Under the pieces are notes generated by a model. The model was not told the DNA's origin and did not search any database. It was given only the letters and a program-made list of their open reading frames with translations. DNA of 64,000 nucleotides from Candidatus Latescibacterota bacterium (lineage in GTDB: Bacteria; Latescibacterota; UBA2968; UBA8231): assembly GCA_965223905.1 (NCBI GenBank), contig CBDCXV010000011.1, positions 1,408,001-1,472,000 of the forward strand. Reading direction: 5' to 3'. The position numbers and the translations under genes were made by a program. Shown here in pieces: positions 49,730-58,869 of this stretch. How positions within the stretch are numbered: position 1 is the stretch's first letter; every line of letters begins with the position of its first letter.

Positions 49730-50881
49730 TCACGGAAGCGCCTCGAGGAGGCGGTCGATGTCGTCGTGGTTGTTGTACACCGAAGGGGACAGGCGCATCT
49801 TGTTGCCGAAACGCATCGCTATGTGGACGCCGTTCTTCCGGCAGGCGGCCATCGCCCCTTCCGGGTCGGGGACGGCGAAGGAGAGGATGGGGCTCTCGTT
49901 CCCCTTCGGCGTGATCGATTGGTAGCCCCTGCGCGGCAGCTCTTCCTGCAGGCGGCCGGTGAGCTCCCGCGAGTGGCTGCGGATGTTGTCGACCCCCAGA
50001 CGCAATATGTACTCGATGCTCTCCCTGGCGCATACCACCCCCTCGTAGGAGGGATAGCTGACCTCGTAGGCGCCGGCGCCGGTCGCCGGGGAAAACGAGA
50101 TTTCTTCGCTGTCCGGGTCGGCGCTGTCTACCCAGGGGGGATAGTTGAGAGACACCCCTCCGCAGGGCTGCGACGGCTCGAGCACGGTTCCCTGCAGGTC
50201 GGAGCGCACGTACAGGAACCCGAACCCCTTCACCCCCATAAGCCACTTGAAGGTCGAGCAGGCCGCGAAGTCGATCCCCATCGCCTTGACGTCGATCGGG
50301 ACGCCGCCGGCAGCCTGCATGATGTCGGCATAGAGGTAGGCCCCGTTGGCGTGCGCCAGCTCCCCGAGCGCGGCCACCTCGGCGAGAAACCCGTTGACAT
50401 TGGAGACCAGCGCCACGGAGATCAGGCGGGTGTCGCCGTCGACGGCACGCTCCATGTCGGCCATGTCGATCTGCCAGTTGCGGTTCTTGACGATCCGCAC
50501 CTCGAGCCCGCGGCGCTCGCGATACTTGTAATTGTATATGCATGGATTGAAGGTCAGGTCGGAGGTGACGACGTTGCCCCCCGCCAGGTGGTCCCCCAGT
50601 CCGTTGAGGATGTTGCTCTCCGACTCGACGGTGCTGCGCGCGAAGGCGATCTCGCCCGGGTCGGCGTTGATGAGGCGGGCGAACAGGGTCTTTACCTCGT
50701 CCCGCGGCGGCGCCCAGGCCGGCCACCACGGCTCCCCGACCTCGTGGGTGACCCATTCGACGTAGCGATGCAGGGCCGCGGCCGAATGCACGCTGATCGG
50801 ATGCGACGAGGCATTGTCGAAATAGGCCATGGTGCGCGCGCGCGGGAAATCCTCGCGCACCGAGGCGGGGAGGCCGCTCAT
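49730..50881 (-). CDS. Aminotransferase class V fold PLP enzyme (cysteine desulfurase/lyase-like)
   Basis: YFDNAS, VSNVNG, YADIMQAAG, STFKWLMG (PLP lysine), RLSPSVYN; start overlaps the upstream stop (ATGA). Confidence 0.88.
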   Translation of the reverse strand: MSGLPASVREDFPRARTMAYFDNASSHPISVHSAAALHRYVEWVTHEVGEPWWPAWAPPRDEVKTLFARLINADPGEIAFARSTVESESNILNGLGDHLAGGNVVTSDLTFNPCIYNYKYRERRGLEVRIVKNRNWQIDMADMERAVDGDTRLISVALVSNVNGFLAEVAALGELAHANGAYLYADIMQAAGGVPIDVKAMGIDFAACSTFKWLMGVKGFGFLYVRSDLQGTVLEPSQPCGGVSLNYPPWVDSADPDSEEISFSPATGAGAYEVSYPSYEGVVCARESIEYILRLGVDNIRSHSRELTGRLQEELPRRGYQSITPKGNESPILSFAVPDPEGAMAACRKNGVHIAMRFGNKMRLSPSVYNNHDDIDRLLEALP

Positions 50882-52194
50882 ATCCGCCCCTCTTCGGGCA
50901 CGGTGCGGCCGCCGTCCCAGAAGGATGCGGGCACGGTTCCGGTCGGCCAGTACGGCCCTCCGGCGTATTCGTCCCACCGGTTGCCGCACAGGGAGCTGAT
51001 GACCGTCCATTCCGCGGCGCCGAAGTCCGGCTCCGGGTGGTAGAGGAAGCGCTGCAGCCCCGCCTGCTGCGAGGCGGTGAGGATTCCGTGCAGGTCGCGC
51101 GCCTGCATCTGGTCGCCGCCGTGGGGCCCGCGGCCGGTGGAGACCCAGGCGATCACCTTGTCCGGGTCGCCGATGGCGTCGAGGGCGCGCCGCGTCTCGC
51201 TGTAGACCACCTTGCTGAAGAACTCGTCGGGAAAGCCCATCTCCATGTCCATCGTTGAGTTGACCCCGGGAAGCTCGATCCCGAGAAGGGCCTTGACCGC
51301 GGCGAAACAGTCCGCCTCGGTCAGCGACGGATTCCAGTTTCCCAGGCGCCTCACCCACCGCGCTATCGTTCCGTACATCCCGTCCATGCCGCGGTGCCAG
51401 AAGTAGTGCTTGGGAAAGATGTAGTCGAAGTACTCCGCCATCTGGTGGTAGTTCTGCCCGGTCAGTGACGACCAGGTCGCCGCCCGCGGAATCCCCCCGA
51501 GCTCGACCCTGCGATCGACGCCGTCGACCTGTTCCCGCATGTAGCGCCAGTCGGCGCGGGAGCGCTCCTGGCGCTGGCGCAGCCAGTAGAGGACATCCTC
51601 GTTGACGTCGAACAGGATCAGCGAGGCCAGCATGCCCCCGGCGGCGTGGTAGCGCACCATCTCCGGGCTGAGGTTGTGCAGGCGTTCGCGCAGATGGGCG
51701 ATGCCGCGGCGGATGCGATCGACCTCGGCGCCGATCTGCGAGAAGCGCTCGTCCTCGCCGGGGCGCAGCTCGAGCAGCTCGCCGCCGTGATGGAAGGCGA
51801 GCTCGTAGTGGTTCTCCCCCGGGCCGTCGGAGATCACTCCGTGCACCTGCGGAAAGGCGTTCATCAGGTCCTGCACGTGCACGGTGGGCCCGATTCCGCT
51901 GAAAATGAGGATGCGCCAGCCGCGCTCCGCGGCGTTGTCGAGCATCGCCTGCAGCTTCTTCTCCTTTTCGAGATCGCGCGGGCGCGGTTCGGGAGGCTCG
52001 GCTCCGAACGCCTCGTACAGCTTGCGGTCCGGTGCCCAGGCGGGAATCTTGGTGCCGTCCTCCTGGAGAAACTCCATGCGGCCGACGGCGAGGCCGCGCA
52101 CCCCGCCCTCCTCCCAGGCGTCGAAGCGCTCCTCGAAACCGTCGAGCCAGTGCTCGTGCGGACTGTCGCTGCAGGTGAACACCCAGAGTTTCAT
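50878..52194 (-). CDS. Hypothetical protein, possible TIM-barrel fold
   Basis: 438 aa ORF with AGGAGGAG RBS and host-like codon use; coupled to the aminotransferase gene. Confidence 0.7.
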   Translation of the reverse strand: MKLWVFTCSDSPHEHWLDGFEERFDAWEEGGVRGLAVGRMEFLQEDGTKIPAWAPDRKLYEAFGAEPPEPRPRDLEKEKKLQAMLDNAAERGWRILIFSGIGPTVHVQDLMNAFPQVHGVISDGPGENHYELAFHHGGELLELRPGEDERFSQIGAEVDRIRRGIAHLRERLHNLSPEMVRYHAAGGMLASLILFDVNEDVLYWLRQRQERSRADWRYMREQVDGVDRRVELGGIPRAATWSSLTGQNYHQMAEYFDYIFPKHYFWHRGMDGMYGTIARWVRRLGNWNPSLTEADCFAAVKALLGIELPGVNSTMDMEMGFPDEFFSKVVYSETRRALDAIGDPDKVIAWVSTGRGPHGGDQMQARDLHGILTASQQAGLQRFLYHPEPDFGAAEWTVISSLCGNRWDEYAGGPYWPTGTVPASFWDGGRTVPEEGRI

Positions 52195-52556
52195 CGTCTC
52201 CTCCTGTATCCTCTCCGGTTGAGCGGCGCCGCCGCGGGGCGTAGAGTAGGTGGAGGAACCTCGGCGATGTCAAGCCGCGGCCAGGGGACCTGCGGAGGCG
52301 TATGGCTGCCTGGGAAAGTGCGGGAAAATCCCTTCCGTCCCGACCCGGCAACCTGAGAAAACGCGGCCGACCGCCTCACGACGAAAGCGAAGGAAACCGA
52401 AGAGGAAATGGGCGCCTGGACGACCATCGATCTGCCAACCTGTTCGAGTACCGGATTCGGGCTTCGTCCTGCCAAAGCCGCCGGTCCCGGCGTTGCCCTC
52501 GCTCAACCCATCTCCCCTCGACGAGCTGCTGGCCGCGAGCCGGATTTTCCACCGCG

Positions 52557-53963
52557 ATGACTCCGACTCGCCGCCCACAAGCCGGATATCCTGACGGGCT
52601 CCTGGCGGGGTACGGTCTTCCCTACTGGCTCGACTTCGAGCGCCCGTCCTATCCCTCCCTCGAAGAGCGGGTGCAGGTCGACGCCGCAGTCATCGGCGCC
52701 GGCATCGCCGGCTTGAAGATCGCCGACTGCCTCAGCGGCCGCGGCCTCTCCTGCGCCGTCCTCGACGCCGGGAGAGTGGGGGAAGGGGCCTCTTCCCGAA
52801 ACCAGGGGTGCATCGTCACCGGCCTCGGCATGCCCTACTCCGAACTGGTTCAAAAGGCCGGCCGGGAAATGGCGCGCGCGCTGGTGGCCCTCAGCTATTT
52901 CAACCAGGATCTGCTGGTCGATCAGATGGAGCGCCACGCCATCCGCTGCGACTACGAGGTTCTCGGCGAGACCGGACTGGTCCGCGGCGACCAGCCCGAT
53001 GCCGGGCCGGTGCTGGAATCGCTCCGCGGCGACGTGCAGCTGCTGCGGGAAGACGGCTTCGCCGCCGAGCACCTCGATGCCGGGGAGGCGCTCGCCGCGA
53101 CCGGCTCCCCGCTGTTCGCCGGCGGCATCAAGTTCCCCCGGGACGCCCAGTTCCACTCCGGCCGCTTCGTTGCCGGCCTCGGGGCGGCCGTCTCCTGTTT
53201 AAGCGGCGTTCGCCTTTTCGAGGGCTCCCCGGTGCTGTCGCTCAAGGACCGCGGCGGCGACCACCTCGTGCGCACTCCGCGCGGGGAGGTCCGATCCCGC
53301 CACCTCTTCGTGGCGGCCAACGCCCTCGCCCCCCAGCTGCTGCCGGAGCTGACGTGCAGTCTGCGGGCGGAACGGGGCCAGGTGCTGGTCACCGAGCCGC
53401 TGGCGGCCAGGCCCTGCCGCGGCTGTTTCGGCGGCGGGCTGGCCTGGTGGCGGGACATCCGCGAAGCGGACGGCCGCTACCGGCTGCTCTTCGGGGGGGC
53501 GCGGCGGCGGGACGAGCCGGACAGCCTGTTCAGGCAGTACGGGACCGACGGCAGGCGGAACTCCCGCCTCGGGAACGGTTTCCTGCCGACGGTCGCCCAC
53601 CAGCGCCGTCTGCATGCGCGGCTCGCCGAGGTCTTTCCCCACCTGGCCGGTGCCGGCATCACCCATCGCTGGGGGGGCCTGCAGTCGTTCACCTGCGACG
53701 GGCTCCCCCTGATCGGCGCTCTCGATCCGGAAAGGCGCGTTTACGGCATGGCCGGCTTCTCGGGGATGGGGAACTCCTACTCCAATGTCGGCGCCGCCGG
53801 GGTGACCGGGGAGGTCGAGCGGCGCTTCGGCCCCGCGGTCGAGATGCTCCTGGCCCCGCACCGGGAAGGGGCGCGCTGGCCCGGACCGGACCCGACGCTG
53901 GCGCGCTCGGCAACAGGCGGGGTCTTTCGCCCCGGCCTGACCTCCCATAGTGCCTCCGCCTGA
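52557..53963 (+). CDS. FAD-dependent oxidoreductase, DAO/PuuB family
   Basis: PYW, DAAVIGAGIAG, VGEGASSRNQG, ITHRWGG...FTCDGLPLIG, GFSGMG; start uncertain. Confidence 0.85.
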   Translation: MTPTRRPQAGYPDGLLAGYGLPYWLDFERPSYPSLEERVQVDAAVIGAGIAGLKIADCLSGRGLSCAVLDAGRVGEGASSRNQGCIVTGLGMPYSELVQKAGREMARALVALSYFNQDLLVDQMERHAIRCDYEVLGETGLVRGDQPDAGPVLESLRGDVQLLREDGFAAEHLDAGEALAATGSPLFAGGIKFPRDAQFHSGRFVAGLGAAVSCLSGVRLFEGSPVLSLKDRGGDHLVRTPRGEVRSRHLFVAANALAPQLLPELTCSLRAERGQVLVTEPLAARPCRGCFGGGLAWWRDIREADGRYRLLFGGARRRDEPDSLFRQYGTDGRRNSRLGNGFLPTVAHQRRLHARLAEVFPHLAGAGITHRWGGLQSFTCDGLPLIGALDPERRVYGMAGFSGMGNSYSNVGAAGVTGEVERRFGPAVEMLLAPHREGARWPGPDPTLARSATGGVFRPGLTSHSASA

Positions 53964-54066
53964 TCCCCTGGAGGTCCCACTCGAACCGCGGCCGGCGCCT
54001 GGCTTCCCGCCTTCGACGAACCCGGAAGCTGAGTCGGCAGCACCCGTATCCAAACAAGAGGCCATC

Positions 54067-55539
54067 ATGCCGAACTCGTACGACACGGAACAAGAGACCG
54101 GGGAGAATGCCCCGGCGGACAACGCCGGCCGCCTCACCGACGAGCAGGTACAGCAGTTCATCGCCGACGGGTACCTGACCGTTCACGCCGACTACCCTGC
54201 CTCGTTTCACGAGGGGATTTGCCGGAATCTCGATTCGGTGCTGGAAAGGGAGGGGAACCCGGGGAACAACATCCTGCCGCACATTCCCGAGATCGGGCAG
54301 GTCTTCCGGCACCCCGCGGTCGCCGGGGCCCTGACCAGCCTCCTCGGTCCGGGGTACATCCTCAATCCGCACCGGCATTGCCACCTCAACCCGCCCGGAA
54401 GCAGCGGCCAGTCCTGGCACAAGGACTGCTACGTCTTCGACCACAACCTGCGCCACCCGCGCTTCTCCTGGGTGCTCGCCTTCTACTACCCGCAGGAGAC
54501 GACAGCGGAGATGGGCCCCTCGGGGCTCCTGCCGGGGACGCAGTTCCAGCGCACGATCAGCGATCCCGACCCCGCGGCCACGAGGGAACGGGAGGCGGGG
54601 ATCTGCGGTCCGGCAGGCACGGTGGGGCTCATCCATTTCGACTCCTGGCACCGGGCCCTACGCAACGCCAGCGGCCGCGGCCGTTACATGCTCAAGTTCC
54701 AGTTCGCGCGTCTGCGCGAGCCGGCCGCCCCCACCTGGAACCACCGGAATCCCGCCTGGGCCCCGGGTAGCGGCAACCCCAATCCGCGCGTTTCCCGCGA
54801 TGTCTGGGACTGGATGAGAGGAAGCAGTGCGAATGGAGCCGGCCGCCCGGCTCCCGGGACCTCCGCGGAGGGGGATTCCGAGGCCGCGCTTCTCGAAGCG
54901 GCGTACCAACTCGCGGCCGTCGGCGAGGCCGCGGTCCCCGAACTGACCGCGGCGATGCGGGAGCAGACCCTGGCCTCCCTCGAGGAGACGACGGCGAAAA
55001 CCCCCGACAACGCGCACGGGACCAACCCGACCCCCGGCCCCGCGGCAACCGCCCTGACCTCGGCCGGTGGCGCCGCGGTTCCCGCCCTGATCGACACCCT
55101 GGGAGACCCCCACTGGTGGGTGCGAGCCGTCGCCGCCGGAATCTTCGCCCGCATGGGCGGCGAGGCCGCGGAGGCGGTGCCGGCCCTGACTGCGGCGCTG
55201 GGGGACGATCACTGGTGGGTGCGGAGAAACGCCGCCGAGGCGCTCGGGACCATCGGCCTGTACGGCGGCTGGCTCGTGGGGGAAATGAGAAGGTTGCTCG
55301 GCGACGGCGACTACCGCGTCCGCCGCAATGCGGCGCTGACCCTGGCGAAGATCGGCCCGGAGGCCGAGGCCGCGGTCCCCGACATCCTCCCGTTGCTGGG
55401 GGACGAAAACCGCTACAACCGCTTCTACGGGGGACTGGCCCTGCGGCGCATCGGCACCCCGAAAGCCGGCGAAGCGCTGCTCGACTCACTGTTCGAGTCG
55501 CGCTGGTGCCCGCTGACCACCAGGGACGACATGTACTGA
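54067..55539 (+). CDS. PhyH-family dioxygenase fused to HEAT/PBS-lyase repeats
   Basis: LTDEQVQQFIADGYL, WHKD, GPSGLLPGT, FDSWHR; C-terminal AVPAL...D..WWVR..AA.AL repeats. Confidence 0.85.
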   Translation: MPNSYDTEQETGENAPADNAGRLTDEQVQQFIADGYLTVHADYPASFHEGICRNLDSVLEREGNPGNNILPHIPEIGQVFRHPAVAGALTSLLGPGYILNPHRHCHLNPPGSSGQSWHKDCYVFDHNLRHPRFSWVLAFYYPQETTAEMGPSGLLPGTQFQRTISDPDPAATREREAGICGPAGTVGLIHFDSWHRALRNASGRGRYMLKFQFARLREPAAPTWNHRNPAWAPGSGNPNPRVSRDVWDWMRGSSANGAGRPAPGTSAEGDSEAALLEAAYQLAAVGEAAVPELTAAMREQTLASLEETTAKTPDNAHGTNPTPGPAATALTSAGGAAVPALIDTLGDPHWWVRAVAAGIFARMGGEAAEAVPALTAALGDDHWWVRRNAAEALGTIGLYGGWLVGEMRRLLGDGDYRVRRNAALTLAKIGPEAEAAVPDILPLLGDENRYNRFYGGLALRRIGTPKAGEALLDSLFESRWCPLTTRDDMY

Positions 55540-55602
55540 CGTTCTTGCGAAAGGAAGGCCTTGGGCGCCGGCTCCCGCAACGGACATTCAGGAGGATCGA
55601 AA

Positions 55603-56451
55603 GTGAAGCACATCATCGTCACCGGTGCCAAAGGGGGCACCGGCTTCAGCATCGTCGGCGAGCTCAGGAAGGCGGGGTACGAAGTCACCGGGGTCGACAT
55701 GGCTTATCCGCGGCACGCCGACGGCGGCTACAAGAGGGCGGACGTCCTCGATGCGGCGAGCCTCAACGACCTGTTCGCCGGCGCCGACGCCGTGGTCCAT
55801 TTCGGCAGCCTGCCGACCGATCACTGGTCGTCCTGGAGCACCTGCTTCGAAAACGTGATGATGGGGGGCTTCAACGTGTTCCAGGCCTGCGCCAACACCG
55901 GGACAAGGCGCATCGCCTACGCCTCGAGCATGGAGGTGTACGGCGATCTCGCCCGGCAGCCGCACCTGCCCGTCACCGAGACCAGCGCTGCGGTGCCGCA
56001 TTCCATCTACGGATCGGCGAAGCTGCGCCTCGAGGAGCTCGCCTCCGACTACTGCCGCTGGCACGGCATGTCGATCGCCGGCTTCCGGCTCGGCCGCATC
56101 ATCTACGAGAACTCCTTCGAGTGGCGGCTCAAAGCCCAGACCGAGGCCGCCGAGCGCTGCGCCGAATGTCTCTGGTGCTACGTCGACGCCCGCGACGTCG
56201 CCGAGGCCTGCCGGCTCTGGCTCGAGTCCGACCTGCAGGGGTTCAGGGCCTACAACCTCGCTGCCGACGACGTCTGCATCGACCTCCCGGCCGCGGAGCT
56301 GCTGCGGGAGCATTTTCCCGGCATTCCGGTTCGGGGAGAGCTCGGCGAGTTCCAGTGCCCGTACGTGTCGGACTCCCTGAAGCGGGAGCTGGGGTGGCGG
56401 GCCAGGTACGGCTGGCGCGAACTGCGCGCGGAGTGGGAGGCCGGCCGCTGA
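55603..56451 (+). CDS. NAD-dependent epimerase/dehydratase (extended SDR)
   Basis: GTG with AGGAGG RBS; IIVTGAKGGTG, YASS, YGSAK (YxxxK), YVDARDVA. Confidence 0.9.
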   Translation: MKHIIVTGAKGGTGFSIVGELRKAGYEVTGVDMAYPRHADGGYKRADVLDAASLNDLFAGADAVVHFGSLPTDHWSSWSTCFENVMMGGFNVFQACANTGTRRIAYASSMEVYGDLARQPHLPVTETSAAVPHSIYGSAKLRLEELASDYCRWHGMSIAGFRLGRIIYENSFEWRLKAQTEAAERCAECLWCYVDARDVAEACRLWLESDLQGFRAYNLAADDVCIDLPAAELLREHFPGIPVRGELGEFQCPYVSDSLKRELGWRARYGWRELRAEWEAGR

Positions 56452-56463
56452 GCCTTCCCGAAA

Positions 56464-57333
56464 TCAGCCGGCCAGCCCCAACTCTTCCACCAGGCGGTGG
56501 AGCTCGCGCAGCGTCAGCTCGTCGGTAGGAGGTACAGGATGGCGAAGTCTGGAGCTCTTGAAGACCCCGCGCAGCCGCAGGACCTCCTTGTTGACGTGGG
56601 GGCCGTGGAGCCTGAACAGCGGCGTGTACCTGTTGAATTCCCGTTCCGACTCTTGCTCCCTGCCGGCGAGGAAGAGGTCGATGACGCGGCGAAACATGTC
56701 CGGTATGTGGCAGTGAGGCATGGTTCCGACCGATCCGCGGCGCATCTCCTCGATCAGGAAAGCGCCGCTCATGCCCCCGAGGACGATCAGGTCGTCGCCG
56801 GCCGCGGCCACGGTCTCGGCGATCCGCGGCGGGGTCGGGGACGTCTCCACCTTGGCGTAGCAGACGTTCTCCGATTCCCCGGCGATGCGGGCCATCAACG
56901 CCGGGGGAACGCCGGCGGCTCCTGCGTCCTGGATGAAGACCGGTAGCGTCACCGCTTCCCCGATGGCGCGGAAGTACTCCGCGACCGGGTCGCCGCCTCC
57001 GGCGGCGGCAGGGGGTATCGCCATTACCGCGTCCGCCCCCAGCTCCTCGGCGCGGCGGCTGTATTGGACCGCCACCCGGGTCGACTCCGCCCCGGAATTG
57101 ACGACGACCGGCACCCTTCCCGCGGCCTGCGCGACCACCGTCCGGGCCGCCAGGTCGCGCTCGGCTTCCGACAACTTGTTGACCTCGCTGCCGAAGGCGA
57201 TGCCGAGTCCGTCGACCCCGGCGTCGATGGCGAAATCCACCTCCCGCTGCAGGTCCTCGACGTCGATGTCGTCCCGCGCATCGAACGGCATCGCCAGAAT
57301 CGGAAACAGCCCCTTCATCGACCTGTCGACCAT
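56464..57333 (-). CDS. Dihydrodipicolinate synthase/N-acetylneuraminate lyase family protein
   Basis: GLFPILAMPF, GSEVNKLS, GRVPVVV, PVFIQD, YAKVE (Schiff-base Lys). Confidence 0.88.
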   Translation of the reverse strand: MVDRSMKGLFPILAMPFDARDDIDVEDLQREVDFAIDAGVDGLGIAFGSEVNKLSEAERDLAARTVVAQAAGRVPVVVNSGAESTRVAVQYSRRAEELGADAVMAIPPAAAGGGDPVAEYFRAIGEAVTLPVFIQDAGAAGVPPALMARIAGESENVCYAKVETSPTPPRIAETVAAAGDDLIVLGGMSGAFLIEEMRRGSVGTMPHCHIPDMFRRVIDLFLAGREQESEREFNRYTPLFRLHGPHVNKEVLRLRGVFKSSRLRHPVPPTDELTLRELHRLVEELGLAG

Positions 57334-57409
57334 CTATCGATCTCCTTGGTTCAGAGGGATCCTCGTACCCAACTGGGCAGATCCGACAAAAAGGCGCCGG
57401 CAGAGCGGA

Positions 57410-58606
57410 TCAGGCAAAGATCGCGCGGCAGGCGATGCCGCAGGGGTACCCCTCCTTCTGGATTCCGCCGAGGAACTGGGCCGTGCGGCCGGCTGGCGCC
57501 GTGCCCTCGTACCAGGCGCTGAAGGAGCCGTTGAAAGCCTGGATCCACTCCCGGTCGGCACTGGAATCCCCGCCGGCGACGACGTAGGCGTTGTTGAAGA
57601 TGCCGTCCTCCTTCAGGCCGTTGCCCCCTGCCTCCCTGACGCGTCCGTCGAGCGACCCCAGGAGGGCGCCGGCGTCGTCACCCCCGGCAGCGCTCAGCAG
57701 CACCTCGGTAAGGCCGCCGTACTTCAGCGCCGTCCAGGTGCTGAAGCCGTCCGCGATCTCCCCGGAGCGCACGATCTCCGCCTCGCCCGAAACCAGGCGC
57801 GGCTGGATCTCGACCTGCCCCTTCTCCAGGGGGATCCTCGATACCGGGTAGATCAGTCCGGCAGGCCGCGCGTCGCCGTAGTACTCCTCCACCAGCTTGC
57901 GGACGATCTCCACCCGCTCCCAGGCCTCTCCAGGGGCGTAGTCCGCGGCGACCATGATCTCGATCCACGCGGTCTGCTTCTTCATGTCGACGCCGGCCTC
58001 GGCGAACGGCTTCTCCAGCTGTTCCTCGAGGATGAAGGTCGCCTCCTCGGCGATGCCGCCCCCCAGGGTGTCGACCATTTCTCCGTTGGCCTCGTGCAGC
58101 ACCGTCTTGCCGCTCGGGTGGTGGTCGACCCAGTACCCGTGATCGATGTCGACGCTCCCCGAAAGCGACACCCCCGCTCCCTTGATCGCCTTGATCTGCA
58201 CCTCGAACAGCGCCGCCGGATCGGGGAACCCCTCCGGGTGGGTGTGGCGCGCCATGCGGTTGGAGCGCAGAGGGCCGCCCGTTACCGCCTCGATCATGGC
58301 CGCGTACACCTCGTTGAAGGCGTTCTTCTGCTCGTCGCAGGGGCCCCAGTCGCTCGACGGGGTCGTCCACAGCACGTCGGTCTTGTACACGTCCGACCAG
58401 TGCGCGCCGCAGACCTCGAGGCCGGCGTTGAGGTTCTCGATCGTCCCCAGCCACTGGCTGCCGACGTCGGCCGGGTACTGGGTGCCGACGTTTCCGCTCG
58501 GCTCGATCAGCCGGAAGACGTTCTCCCTGTCGTCCTTCAGGATGACCTCGGTCGGGTTGGAAAAGATGGCGATCGGGTTGTGGCGGATGATGCTTACCTG
58601 GGCCAT
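57410..58606 (-). CDS. Hypothetical protein with probably three tandem YjgF/RidA-like domains
   Basis: QWLGTIENLNAGLEVCGAHWSDVYKT...FNEVYA...LFEVQIKA; YYGDARPA...VSRIPL...QVEIQ; FNGSFSAWYEGTAPAGRTA. Confidence 0.6.
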   Translation of the reverse strand: MAQVSIIRHNPIAIFSNPTEVILKDDRENVFRLIEPSGNVGTQYPADVGSQWLGTIENLNAGLEVCGAHWSDVYKTDVLWTTPSSDWGPCDEQKNAFNEVYAAMIEAVTGGPLRSNRMARHTHPEGFPDPAALFEVQIKAIKGAGVSLSGSVDIDHGYWVDHHPSGKTVLHEANGEMVDTLGGGIAEEATFILEEQLEKPFAEAGVDMKKQTAWIEIMVAADYAPGEAWERVEIVRKLVEEYYGDARPAGLIYPVSRIPLEKGQVEIQPRLVSGEAEIVRSGEIADGFSTWTALKYGGLTEVLLSAAGGDDAGALLGSLDGRVREAGGNGLKEDGIFNNAYVVAGGDSSADREWIQAFNGSFSAWYEGTAPAGRTAQFLGGIQKEGYPCGIACRAIFA

Positions 58607-58869
58607 GGGTGCGGTCCTCTTCTGGTTAGGTCGGTTGGTGTTGAATCCGGGGGATACATCATCGGAGGCGGGGGTATATGGTGCAAGTAAGCAGGGGTCG
58701 GGGGAGACAGGGAATTTCCTTTCTTCTACGGGCTCGGGACCCCTTCCCAGGCTTGGGGAAGGTCAGAACGTCCCGGCGCCGCTCAATGTGGCTGATCCGG
58801 CTCGTCCTGATCCCGTGGACCACGAGAAGGTGGTTTCCCCGATCCATGGCCCGAGGAAGCACCGGGGTG

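Noticed and set aside
52302-52594. Possible gene remnant or N-terminal extension upstream of the FAD oxidoreductase
   Set aside because: No recognisable motif or convincing start; cannot be distinguished from intergenic sequence
58659-58862. Short ORF with HIERRRDV resembling a RelE C-terminus
   Set aside because: Similarity is limited to a few residues, with no partner gene or RBS
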